Notes under the pieces: generated by a model
The model's database searches: none
What the model was told of the DNA's origin: nothing
Seen by the model: only the letters and a program-made list of their open reading frames with translations
Shown here: positions 1 through 12,324 of the stretch, one piece after another
Layout of the letters: each line of letters opens with the position of its first letter
How positions within the stretch are numbered: position 1 is the first letter of the stretch
Program-made: the position numbers and the translations under genes
DNA from: Amoebidium appalachense
Taxonomy: Eukaryota; Protista; Ichthyosporea
Reading direction: 5' to 3'
NCBI GenBank assembly: GCA_963693365.1
Contig: CAVNZM010000004.1
Location: 7,849,093 to 7,913,092, forward strand
DNA length: 64,000 nt

Positions 1-43
1 GGAGGTGTGAATGTTTTTAAGAGGGAAGGCGGGGAGGGGGGGG

Positions 44-90
<47 letters not shown>

Positions 91-1689
91 ATTCCAGAGA
101 TCTAATATTAGAGCCGTGCCCATCCGTCTGTAAAAGCTGCAAAGGCAATCGATACGAGGACACAACAATTTCGAATGGTCAAGGGCCATTGCTTGTCAAG
201 CCTCGCCCCCTATTCCTCCCCCCCACTCCCTCTCCCCTCCCCTTGTCCCCTCCCTTGAACCCCGTCCCTCCCCCACAAGCACGCACGCACACATACACGA
301 ACCCACAATCACCGGCCTGCCCATTCCCCAACCCCGTAATTCTACCATCCAGCCCCTATTCCGGCCCCCCTTCCACACTGGGTCTCTAAATGGCTTTGCA
401 GCACTATAGAGGCAGGTGCGGCATCTGTTTGATGGTTTACACGGTCTATTTTGGGGGAAATGTGTTAAATATTCTACGGCCCACCTCCAGAACGTAAAAC
501 GAGATCTTGGCTGCTGATAGTCCCCGAACCTGAACCTATAACCAAGCACATTACCAAATAAACCAATCCTTACAAGATGACCTTGAAATCTTGTGCCCTT
601 GCTTCGCGTGCCTCCCCATGTCACAGTGCATGTCCAACTTACAAGGTGATAAATTTTGTTGAGCGCCAGCACATCAGCAAGTAGGTAGGTACACGAACTC
701 CGAACTTCCCCTAGTGTTACAATGGTATATTGCCCTAGCCCTCCTCGTCCCTCGCCACACTTCCTGTCCCCTACTTATTGACCATCATGGGCCCCTGGCC
801 TCCCCTCCCATGATTCCCCACCCTTGCCCCAAACCTCGAATACAACCACCATCAGATAGATGTCCGCCTGCCCGTCCCCGCCGTTTACCTAGCAAGTTTA
901 TTTTCAAGACCCGGCACCATTTAGATATTTTGGTTCAGGGCGGTCTGGAAACAGGAGTAGCAATTGTGAAGGTGCCGCAGCCTCGTGAATGTTAGTGAAT
1001 GTTAATGAAAATAATCCGATGACATCGATTGTATGAACAAATGATTGGCATAGCCGGCAAGCAACGGCTCGTGGACGTTTGAATGAGCTCGAGCAGTCGG
1101 TGCTACCATGGGCATAGAGGTGTTACAGAACGTGCACATGTAAACGTACGCTTACATTCGTAAGTGGTCCCTATCAAAACTCTGCGAGCCACATCTTTGA
1201 AGGTTTGATTGATTGGCTGGCTGAAAGGGCTGCGTGTTGCTTCAACAGGCAACTGCGTGTACGTGGCAGCTAGAATTTTCGGCTTTTCAATGTTCTATGA
1301 GCACTTTGGTGGGGATGTGCTATTTATTGAAGACTTGCATGTGAGGCTGTGGTGAGGTGCAGGCACTTCAGGCCAACAACGGTCAAAAAGAAAAAGTGAC
1401 ATGCATCTTTCGTATGCATATGTGTACACGGGGTTTACGCTGTTTACTCGAGGCAAAGAGAGACCAGTCTCAGGTATGGGGGGGTTTTGCTCGGAATATC
1501 CCCTCAGCGGTATATCATGATCACATACATAGATGTCGGGTGATGATTATATATCAGGGTTTACTTTCTCTACGAGACACCATAAAGACTAAGAAAGAAA
1601 AATTTTTTTCTTTTGACTGGATTTATTTGACGGAAAGATATGCAAGTATGCACGGCATACTGAGAAAACAATAAAAACTTCACGAGTTA

Positions 1690-3110
1690 TCCAGTAACAA
1701 GTGCATACTGAGATACCTGAACACTGTGTGAAAATCATATAAATACTCAATGTGACGACCAACAGAATTCAATCACATTGCCAGCTAGTGTAGCAGATAC
1801 CCGGAGGGAAAGAGGTAAAACGCGAGGGGTTACATAAAAATTCACACCTATCAACATGCTTGCGATTAAAAAGGTCAGCACAAAAGTGGCACCAGCGGCG
1901 ATGAAAACAAGAATTACAGCGCCACTGCACAACTTCCCAGGCAATATCAACATCAGAGCACCATACAGACTTATCTACTAGGGTGGTATCCATACGTACA
2001 GCAGGAGAAATGTATCCTGCCAAAGCTCCCAAAAAGCGATAATGATCAGTACGGTGTTGCCTAAGGAACATAACACATGCCGACTGAGTTTTACCTTTGA
2101 TTTCTCTATCAGAACGAGAAAGAAACTTATACTGCGTATGGTAATAACGCGAAAAGGCAGAAAAAACAGGAAGAGAAAAGAAAGGGGGAGTGAGATAGCG
2201 AGAGGAAGAATCAGGTGGAAAGAGGGTAGGCTGAGGACATTCAGAAGTAGCGTTGGTGAATCGGGGGGGAAGAGGGTTGGAGGGAGGGGGGGGGGAAAGA
2301 AAGCATAAAGAGGGTGACCATCAGGTAGCCTAACTAAATGAAAACAAAAACGAAGAGACAATTCCTCCATACGACAAACAGCAGACGACAATCCAAACAT
2401 ACTGATTAAGGGAGGCACAAACCGAGTACGAAACAAAGTGCGTAGCGCAGTACCCTGAAAATCGTCGAACTCGTTCAGCGCCATTGCCGCCTCGCGAGGT
2501 GGGGCGCAGGCCAATAGCGGAAGTCCATATTCGAAAGTCGGCCGTAAAAAAGTTTTATATTAGAGAAGAAGGTTCGCAGGATGGATCACAGACTCCTGTT
2601 GAAACATATTTTGACACGATGTGAAGCTTACCCTTCGCACGAGCGATCCGTGCCGTGAGGAGCTAGCTTGCGGAAATCAATACCCCGTGCAGTAAAAGGA
2701 ATACTCAAATAGTCATAGGTGCTCTGAACAGGAATAGGAAGGCCGGCCAATCGAAAGGAAGTGTTCTTCGAAAAAGTAGCACACTTTGCAATTCCGACTG
2801 TCATGAGATTCTCGGTGCACCATTGATCCACCTGACGAAGCATCTGGTGCATGACATCGTCGGTTAAGGAACAAAGAACAATATCGTCCGCAAAAAGGAG
2901 ACCCGGTACACGGCGGGTATGCAGTTGGCCAAAGGGTTCGAGGGCGCAGGCTAAATCGTCAATGAAAACGTCAAACAACAACGGACTCAGGAGGGACCCC
3001 TGCAGAAGACCCCGGGAACGGGAAAAACCGGGTGTTAATGTTCCATTGACCGCCGCTCGTCCGCGAGTGGTATCGAACAATGCTTGCAGAAGACGGCCAA
3101 AGAAAAATCA
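1690..3110 (-). mobile_element. 5'-truncated, frameshifted non-LTR (LINE) retrotransposon: RT domain, thumb region and C-terminal Cys/His motif
   Basis: ORF 2628-3080 has RT motifs RGLLQGSLLSPLLFDVFIDDL, LLFADDIVL and YDYLSIPF. After a frameshift it continues LLIYKTFLRPTFEYGLPL (typical post-RT motif). ORF 1769-2071 has WRCNSCFHRRWCHFCADLFNRKHVDRC (Cx2C...H...C). Boundaries are approximate. Confidence 0.9.
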
Positions 3111-3194
3111 ATTAGTTGGGGTTCCCCGTTTTTTTTTTGTTTTTTTTTTTGTTTTTTTTTCCCGGGCTCCCCTGGGACACTCAGTATCAGCTGG

Positions 3195-3325
<131 letters not shown>

Positions 3326-5335
3326 CGTGCGTGCGCTAGAATTTTTTGATGATGTGTTTCTCAAGCCAATCAATACATCTAACTAATAAACAGGTCGTAG
3401 TTACGCGTGTTTAGTATAAAATCAAGGATGTTGTAAATTTTTTTTTCTTTTGACTCGGGTTTGATTGATCCGTTGATGAAGGCAACGTGCAGTGATTTCA
3501 GGTAGGCCATCTTTCTGGGTGTCTGTTGTGAATGTGACGTGTGTGTGTTGCGGTATTATGTGGTCTATGTACATTTGGCGATACATGACCGTTGCCTTAA
3601 ACTGGTGTGTGTGTGTTGTTTGGGCATGCAAACGATGCCACCTTATACTTATTAGATCTCCACTGTATAGCACGTGTACAGGTAAAGCGTGGTATGTGAT
3701 CAATAATCCCCATCAGCTAGAGAAAGACCAATTCTACAGGAAGGTAATATATGTATTTAGGTGTTACACATTTGCGAGTGCCATATTTGGCAATATGGTT
3801 AAGGCGGCCATTATATATAAAACGAGACATAAGGCTTAGTTTTTCAAGGTATACAGTACAGCATGCTTTCATCGAGTCTGGTGTTGTGTGGTATCTTTTT
3901 CCATTTGTTATATTGCGTAATTATCTTGTGATTGTGTACATGTCTAATAAGTAAGTGGCAGTCCAAAGTCACACGCACACTTTTGCGGGGTTTATTTGTA
4001 TTTGTGCCCGCGCGGCCGGGGGAAAAGGAGGGAGAGAGGGAAGGAAAGAGGGGAGAGTACACCTCCAAATTTAAACATAAATGTTTCAGCAAAATCCGGG
4101 TTTTATCTAGGCGAAGTCTCTGTTGACATCCGAAATGTGCAGTACGCTCTTCTGATTGGATCTCTTGGTTCCTGCTTTTACGGGCTTTCCCCGTCTTATG
4201 CAACCGTCAGGTGTGGATTAAGTTTTGTAATTGAGATAAAAGGGCCTTTCTAGTGTTACCATTTTCAACCTACCTCTTTTTTGAGCTCTTACATTAGTGG
4301 GTTGTTCAGGTTGTGCTCTGGATAAATGTTGTGTACATATGGCAGCTGTAAATGGCACCTGTATATAAGGTTTAGCGGGACAATCTTCATTGAGTCGCAA
4401 AATTCCAATATACGAACCTCGAAAATAACAGGTATAACATAATGTAGATTTATGATACTATTAATACAAAAAAGTCGTCTAAATAATTGGTATAAGTATG
4501 CTAAAGAATTATTATTCTCAATAAAATGCTCTCTAGGTGATTTTTGAATGCTCTGCGTGTGTATTTTAAATTTTCTATTAAAGCACGAAAATAATTACAT
4601 TATGATTCGAGCCCCGCAAAAGAGGTTTAGGGTGAACGCTGCCGAACTCCGCAGTCCATGGAGTCCAAAATTCAACTTGCGGAGTGCACCCCAAGCCCGG
4701 ACCCATCTCTGTGTTTCTTGACACTTGCCCTTGGTTTGTTTTTGTTCGAGCTGTTGAGTATGTTACGAATAGGGCTTTTTTTTTTTTGGTAGAGTACAAC
4801 TGCGGCATACGTACTATTTATAGCATGCTATAGAGGGACTCCGAGGCACTCTTTGTAAGTCAGCACCGAAATCACATGTAAGCTGCCGCCTTTATATGCA
4901 AACTTGCAAACACTTTTTTAGCTCCCGGTTCACTAGCCAGCTATTCGCGTTATCACTTCGCCGAAGCAGCACATGTAAGTAGGCTCTTGTTGTTGAAAAC
5001 TTGAATTTTTTCAAGCACATGTCCCAGGTCAATCAACGGTGAACATAGCTACTTTTCCAGTGATAGATTGTATGACTGTGGTCACACACACGCGCGCTAA
5101 CTTCTCAGAGTCCCTTTTAACTTACTGAGACCAGACATGCATGCGCATACATATATACGCACGGTTCTGTGCTAGAGCGCTTTTCCATTAGCATGTACTG
5201 ACATACCCCTCCGGCCACCGTACGAGGATTACCTACTCTTACTGACACGGGGGACATGGTTTTTAATTCCTCAGCTGGTAGCAGTCCTTTTCGAGCGTTT
5301 TTTCAAGGCAACCATTTCTGAAGGAGCAAGCAAAA

Positions 5336-6549
5336 ATGTTTTCCTTGAGACTTTTTCAATCCCTTTTCTTCGCGTGTGTTCTAAGCGCATGTGCAGCACA
5401 AGTCAACGGCCCACCCAAACCAGCCGGAAATTTTCCAACCGTAGAGTTAGGTTTTTGCTTCACCAGCATACATCCCGACGGGAAGGACCTTCGTGTTAAA
5501 GGTCTGCAACCTTTAGCACCAACTTGCGATTCATATGCAGTTAAAGCAACCACGGCTACAAAACTACTTACGACCGGCTGCATCAAGAAGCTGTTTTCGA
5601 ACACGGTGAACATTTCGACCGTGGTGAGTGGGCTGTCTAGCCTACAGCTGCAGCTATCTCCAGAGGGAAAGGCATCAGCACTATTCTTTAACGATACAAA
5701 GTGCGCCCCGGACACACTCACACTACAAACAACGCAGGAGTTCAAAGAATACGTCGGCAGGGATTATTTTCTCAACGACGAGTCTAACGCATGTACTTAC
5801 GTAAGTCCCAACGACACGTCACACACTTTCTATCAGACGCCCGCAATAAACATCCGTGTCCCGCCTCACGAAATACAGCTCTCTTATTTCATGCGGTTTA
5901 GTATTGCCGAAGACGAAAGCGGAAACCAAAGCACCTGCCCTACGTCAGCAGATGTGTACTCTGTTCGGGCTCGCATTGAGGAACAGGAGCAAAATTCCAA
6001 TGTTGCAGAAACACCAACACAGACCCTGACCTCAACCCCAACCTCTACCGCTGAGAATACCTCCCAGCCGACGCGGAAGGAACCTCCCTTTCCGCCCCCA
6101 GATTTGCTCGTGGGTGTGGAGGGAAATGGCTCCCAGGCTGCTGATGGTAAGAGTGTACGGGCATTATGTGTGCTTGTGCGTTTGTGCGTGCGTGTGTGCG
6201 TGCGTGCGTGCGTGCGTGCGTGCGTGTGTGCGTGCGTGCGTGCATGTGTCCCCCCCCCCCCCCCCCCCCCCCCCGCTCCCCCCTCCCCCCTCCCCCTCCC
6301 CCTTCACCAATTTTGTTTTGATTTTTGTTTCGTGGTTCTAGTGTCTGCTTCCATGCTTGTCACTCTGTCAGGCAAGCCTCCCCTCTTCCCCCCCCCCCCT
6401 TCCCCCCCCCCCCCCCCCCCCCCCTCCCCCCCCTCCCCCCCCCCCCCCCCCACCACCACCACCACCACCACCACCCACCCACCCATCCATCCACCCACCC
6501 ACCCGAAAAAAGAAAAAAAGAAAAGAAAAAAAGAAGAGAAAAAAGGAGC

Positions 6550-6638
<89 letters not shown>

Positions 6639-8347
6639 GGAGGGGGGGTGGGGAGGAAGGAGAGAGAGAGAGAATAAAGAATATGAGGGGGGGGAGGAGG
6701 GATAGAATGGGGGAGGGGGAGGGTGGGGAGGCAGAACCAGAAGAAGAAAAGAAGGGGAAAATAATAAAATGAGCGAAGAAAGAAAACAGAAGTAAATATT
6801 CTCATGGTGTACACGTAACTGTCCAACTCATACTGGCATGTGCATTCCTGAGTTTCTGCACACCTACACACAAACGCGCTCGCTTATGCGGATACACCCA
6901 CACGCGGGCATAATCGCGCACGCACGCGCGCACACACACACACGTATACACACACACACATAAACACACACACACACACACACACAGCCGTGTGCGGCAG
7001 CTCCGTAATCACGAACGGAAACTTTGAGAGCTTCTCCGCAAACCAGAGTTCTGGGAACCGCATCTCCCTAGATACCCTCCCTGGCTGGGGCTCTCCCAAT
7101 AATTCTTTTGTGCTGCTGAAGGAGAATGAGTCAATCGTCCCCATAGAAGGGGGGCTGTCTTGGAATTGCAGACGAGAGACATCTGGCAGGATGTGAATGT
7201 CACCCCTGAGCAGGTGCTGACGGTGGGATTTTTTCACCGTGGACTCGATGGAGCGGATGTAATGGATATTCTGATTGGTGAGTGACCTGAAACCCTCCTA
7301 AAAAACCCCACCACCACACGCCCATACACCGTTACCTCACCCTCTCGAATGCATCCACAAACACACATTGTACTATGCACACGCACTCACTGTGTGCACA
7401 CATGCGCATGCAGCTACTTTGTGCACACGGGCACACGCGTCCACTCGCTGTTTGCACACATACTGAAGCACTCACTGTGTGCATGTGTACACGGGCCCAC
7501 TCACTGTGTGCACATATACACATCTACTCACTGTGTGCACACATGCACACGCACTCACTGTTTGCACACATGCAAATGCACTCCCTCTGTGCACCTATTC
7601 ACATCCACTCATTGTGCACACGCTTTTACATCTACTCACCGTGTGCACACATGCACACGTACATGCTCTCACTGTGTGCACTCATGCATATCCACTCGCT
7701 GCTTGCACACATGCATGTGCACTCACTGTGTCCACAAATGCACTCGAGTACTCTGTGTACACATACACATGCACATACTGTGTGCATATGCACGCACGTA
7801 CACTCGCTGTTTGCACACCCGTACTCACTGTTTACACACATGTACTCACTGTTTACACACATGTACTCACTGTGTGCACACATAAACGCACATGTACTCA
7901 CTGTGTGCACACATGTACTCACTGTTGGCGCACACCTACTCACTGTTCGCACACATGTACTCACTGTGTGCACACATGTACTCACTATTTGCACACATGT
8001 ACTCACTGCGTGCACACATGTACTCACTGTTTGCACACATGTACTCACTGTTTGCACACATGTATTCACTGTTTGCACACATGTACTCACTGTGTGCACA
8101 CACGTACTCACTGTTTGCACACATAAACGCACATGTACTCACTGTGTGCACACAGGTACTCACTGTTGGCACACACGTACTCACTGTTTGCACACATGTA
8201 CTCACTGTGTGCACTCATGCAGGCCCAGTTGGCAGCCAGACCCGGGTTGGGACCGTGAGCACTGGCCCCCAGTGGATGCGCTACCGTGTGAGCTACGCGG
8301 TGCCTGCATACACGGATAAGGTGGGTGCACGTGCAAGTGACTGTGTG

Positions 8348-8381
<34 letters not shown>

Positions 8382-9362
8382 GGTGTACATGTGTGTTTGT
8401 GTGGTTGTGGTTGTGTGTGTGTACATCTGTATTGTGTGTGTTTGTGTGCATGTGGTTGTTTGTGTGTGTGTGTGTGTGCAAGTGACTGTGTGCAATGTGC
8501 GTGTGTGTGTGCAAGTGACTGTGTGCATGTGTGTGTGTGTGTGTAAAGGTTATGTGTGTTTGTGTGCACGTGGTTGCGGTATGTATGTACATCTCTGCAG
8601 TGTCCGTGTGTATGTGTATCCGTGTACGTGTGTGCATGTGTGTGTGTATGTCTGTGTATGTGTGTGTTGTGTGTATGTGTGGCCGTGTGGCCGTGTGCGT
8701 GTGGTTGCGTGTGTGTTTACGTGTGTGTAGTGCAAGTGTGTGTGTGTGTGTGTGTGCATGTGTGGATGTAGGTGTGTGCTTGTGTTTTATGTGTGGTGTG
8801 CATTGGTGTAATCATACGTTGTGATGCATGTGTTTACAGGTTGCACATAAAGGCATAACCACATACCCCATTCAGAGAACCTACACGAAATGCCTCGGGC
8901 CTTACATCCATCATAATACATCCAGCCCCTTTTTTAACTCCCACATCCTACACGGTTACCTAACTAACATCTTTCCCTTAATCTTCTTTAGGTTCGGCTC
9001 ACCTTTAAGGGCAGAGACACCTTCAGTGGGGAGGGCAACTTAGTAGACGGTGTGGGATTTGACTCATGTGGTACGTACACACCGCCATTTCCCTGGAACC
9101 CCTCTGTTCCGTGGGAATTTGTGTTGTCTCCCACACCCACGTTTGCCCTGGATTGTCTTACAAGTATAAAACCTTCTAGTGCGTTCATCCCCCCCCCCCT
9201 CCCCCCCCCCCTCCCCCCCCCCCCCCCCCCTCCCTCCGTCTTGAACAGCTCTGCACATCGTTAGTCACACTGTTCTCTCATATAAGAAAGAATGATCGTA
9301 TTGGTACGATTTGTTTAATATCTGACGATTCTGCGGCATCCCTAAGACCCCTCCCCCCCCCC

Positions 9363-9394
<32 letters not shown>

Positions 9395-9459
9395 GGCGCC
9401 TGTTGTTTTGCTTGTCATTTGTTGTTCTGGTTGATTACCTGTAATCTTCGCTTATTTAC

Positions 9460-9526
<67 letters not shown>

Positions 9527-11093
9527 TGTGCGGGGTTGCACACACCGGTGTCTACTTTTCGTCCCACTGTTTTTCTGTCCACACACTTCATCTGTCCACT
9601 TCTGCATACCCCCTCTCATAGCTATAGACACACTTCACACATTGCATTACGCACACGCATGCACACACCGCTCTGTTGGCGACACCTCCCTTGGAACCCA
9701 TGCGGCATGTTACCCGCCGGCGTAACATAACTCGGACTATCGGTTTGGCTTTTTTCAAGCCGAAACAATGGGTGATACCATATGTCCGGCTGACATCCGG
9801 GGGCATAGCTTTCCGTACGAAGACGTTAAAGTTCCGCCCTAGTAAGCGTGTTACTACCCTGCGGTGTGGGTCAAATCTCATATTTTCCCCTCTGATTACG
9901 AATTCTGGGGCTTCGGGACTTAATTCTTTTCAGCTGGTGTAGTATGTTAGCCAGGGAAGTATCGACTTAGGTAGCGACGGGGGAGCTTCCCAGAAGCCCC
10001 GTCTCCTGAGTTCCTATCTATATTTTTCTTGCTTCTGCTTACTGCTGCAACTTTAACCCCCGGTCTTTCCCACTGCCCTTGCCTGCATAAGTAACCCTGC
10101 TCGCCTCTGATCAAGACGGGTGACCTACCCATGTTCAAGTGAAACAGTATCTGAGTTGGGTTTCGTTAACGAGGTGAATAGGTCGAAACTCGGGTACTGT
10201 GGATGACGTGGGCCCCCCCTGAGGATGGGCTCTGCTTATTATGCATACTCTTTATGTATGGTTTCCATTCTGCATCGTGTTATCCGTTGTTCTTGTGTAC
10301 TTCGTACTTTTTGACGCATTCAAACCCCCCCCCCCCCCCCCCCACCCTGCATAGGATGCATATGTACTCCTTTTGTGTGCCACCCCATTTGAAACTTTAT
10401 TTGTTGTTGGTCACGTGGACTTGTACTTCGTCACTCTGTGACACATTCTAACCTCCCCCCTCCCCCCCCCCCCCCCTCCCCCCCCCCCCCCCCTCCCGTC
10501 TCCCCAACCCCCTTTGTCTGTTGTGTTCGGTAGGAGCCGCGTTGAGTTGTCAGTCGTGAGCGTGTATTTCGTACTCTCTAATGTATCTTCCCCTCCCCCC
10601 CAAACCGCTTTACTTCCATGCAACCGGGCATGGTTGCTCTGTGTCGTGCATCTGTAAGCACATACGAATTTTTCGCTGCACTGCATTAGTTTGCACACAC
10701 ATCTTCACCGTTTTGCTCACCTTGCTTGCATAAGCAACCCTGCTCGTCTTTGATCAAGACGGGTTGACCCGCCCAAGTTCAGTTGATGCTGCTGTCTGAG
10801 TTGGAGCGTCGTATATACGCAGGCTAAGGGGTCGAAACTCAGACGCAATTGATGACTTGGGTCCTCCCTGAGGATGGGCTCTGCTTATGACGCATACTGT
10901 GCACATGGCTGATGTTGCATACTTGAATGTTTGCCTTTGCCTGTGTCCTGCACCATGCTTCTCGTCGTGTATGCGTACTTCGTACCGTGTTCCGCATTCA
11001 AACCCCCCCCCTCCCCCCTCCCCCCTCCCTTCCTATCCCCTATAATCACAACACCTCCATACTCACCCTTGCGCCTCCCAACCCTCCCCAACC

Positions 11094-11177
<84 letters not shown>

Positions 11178-11940
11178 CATTTCACGGACCAGCCAATCCA
11201 CAGCCACCGACACCGCCTCTTCCTCCTCCGGCCTCTCATCTTCCGCTGTTGCCGGCCTGGTCGCCGGCCTGTGCGTCTTGGCTCTGGTGGTGGGCTTGGG
11301 GGGGTTTTTGCTCGCACGAAAGCGCTACCGTTCCAAAAAAGACACCGAAAACGGGGTTGACAAACCAAACAACAGTGGGAATTTGCACCAACAAAACATC
11401 GAAATGGTTCCTATGAGCTCATGCCGACACGCCGCCCCACCCCGCCCAGCCCCGTACGGGTCATCGGCTTCCGGGTCCCGAGACGATTACGCTCCCTCCG
11501 CCCCGATCCCTTCCGAAATCGCACTAATCGCGGAACCCCCCCTCCCGTCCGTCCCCCTGTACGATGACTATGAACATGAGGACCCACCCCAGCCGGCGGT
11601 TTTGGATTCGAATAATACCGATTCTGGTGGGTTTGACCCTCACGCCCCGGACCACCAAACGGCATCTGCGCCCTACGTACCGCCGGTAATACCTCACGTC
11701 CTGACCAAGGAGAGTCCTCCCGAATACACTTCCATATTTGGGGATGGGGCATCAAGTAGCGGCCAATCGGATCTGTTGGCTCCGAGCGCGCCGTCGATGG
11801 ATGTTATAGAGGGTAGGTATGCAAGGAATGCGGATGGAATTCCTGGAATGCAGAACGGTCCGTCCGGGTCCAATAGTCATCTTACCGATCTAACCCCATC
11901 GGTAGATGACGCCTTCCCTGAGAAGGGGGATGAGAGGTGA
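5336..11940 (+). CDS. Single-pass type I membrane protein: signal peptide, Cys-containing N-terminal domain, S/T/P linker, DUF642/CBM-like beta-sandwich, TM helix, Pro/Tyr-rich tail
   Basis: Exons 5336-6146, 6988-7277, 8223-8320, 8992-9070, 11177-11940, all GT-AG with compatible phases. One frameshift is needed in the G-run at 7149-7154. Signal peptide MFSLRLFQSLFFACVLSACAA; module ITNGNFES...LELQTRDIWQDVNVTPEQVLTVGFFHRGLDGADVMDILIGPVG...WMRYRVSYAVP...VRLTFKG...GNLVDGVGF; TM AVAGLVAGLCVLALVVGLGGFLLA followed by RKRYR. Confidence 0.8.
7380..8220 (+). repeat. Intronic ~21-nt minisatellite (GTACTCACTGTGTGCACACAT)n
   Basis: Unit repeated dozens of times, more regular toward the acceptor at 8222. 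It generates the spurious HVLTVCT and MYSLFAH ORFs. Confidence 0.95.
9530..10324 (+). mobile_element. Decayed 3' part of a CRE-like (RLE-class) non-LTR retrotransposon with structured 3' UTR
   Basis: Across frameshifts the motifs appear in the order expected for CRE/RLE C-termini: HIALRTRMHTP (cf. FRxALRLRLGLP), GDTSLGTHAAC (cf. DxxGxHAxxC knuckle), TRRRNI (cf. RHN), CPADIRG (cf. RPADI endonuclease) and FSPLITNSGASG (cf. FxPLxxExxGxxG). A structured UTR follows, ending GTACTTCGTAC...GCATTCAAA + poly-C. Similarity judged by eye. Confidence 0.65.
10344..10451 (+). mobile_element. Short 3'-terminal copy of the same retroelement family
   Basis: Sits between two poly-C tracts and ends GTACTTCGTCACTCTGTGACACATTCTAA-CC. 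Confidence 0.6.
10722..11002 (+). mobile_element. 3' UTR copy of the CRE-like family with the full structured RNA motif
   Basis: Clearly homologous to 10078-10324 (CATAAG.AACCCTGCTCG, TGATCAAGACGGGT, CTGAGTTGG, GGTCGAAACTC, CCCTGAGGATGGGCTCTGCTTAT). Ends GTACTTCGTACC...GCATTCAAA + poly-C. Confidence 0.8.
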
Positions 11941-12239
11941 TCTGTCTTGGTTTGGATCCTTTTATTAATTTTAAAAAAAAAACAAACAAAAAAAAACAAC
12001 AAAAAAAAAAACAACCCGGTTTTACGTTTCTTTCCCCCCTTTTTAATAAATTCCTCCCATCCATGGATGGTCAATTGGACGTAATGGCTTTTGGCAACAT
12101 AGACACATGTGTTTATAAGAATAATGTGGCAGTAGCCGCATAACCCGGTAGAGGCTTAATCACCGCGCGCGCACACACAAACACACACACACAAACCCCC
12201 TCGTACACACAAACGCACGCGCGCGCATGCCCGCACACG

Positions 12240-12324
<85 letters not shown>

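Noticed and set aside
90-995. Possible minus-strand gene fragment (exon-like pieces LLADVLALNKIYHL and VRGLSAAKISFYVLE with GT donors; CCAAT boxes near 1040-1220)
   Set aside because: I could not build a continuous open frame or recognise a family; left unannotated.
7380-8220. CRISPR-like array
   Set aside because: Contiguous tandem units without unique spacers, in a eukaryotic intron with no cas genes.
10100-10230. Hammerhead ribozyme (CTGATCA...GAAAC and CTGAGGA motifs)
   Set aside because: The core elements are not in the CUGANGA-stem II-GAAA order, and the second copy lacks the first CTGA and the first GAAAC. Kept only as an unknown structured RNA.
10740-10890. 5S rRNA or SRP RNA similarity (CTCGTC..TGATC, GGATGGG, AGGTCGAAACTC)
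   Set aside because: Only short words match; overall sequence and stem order do not fit either RNA.
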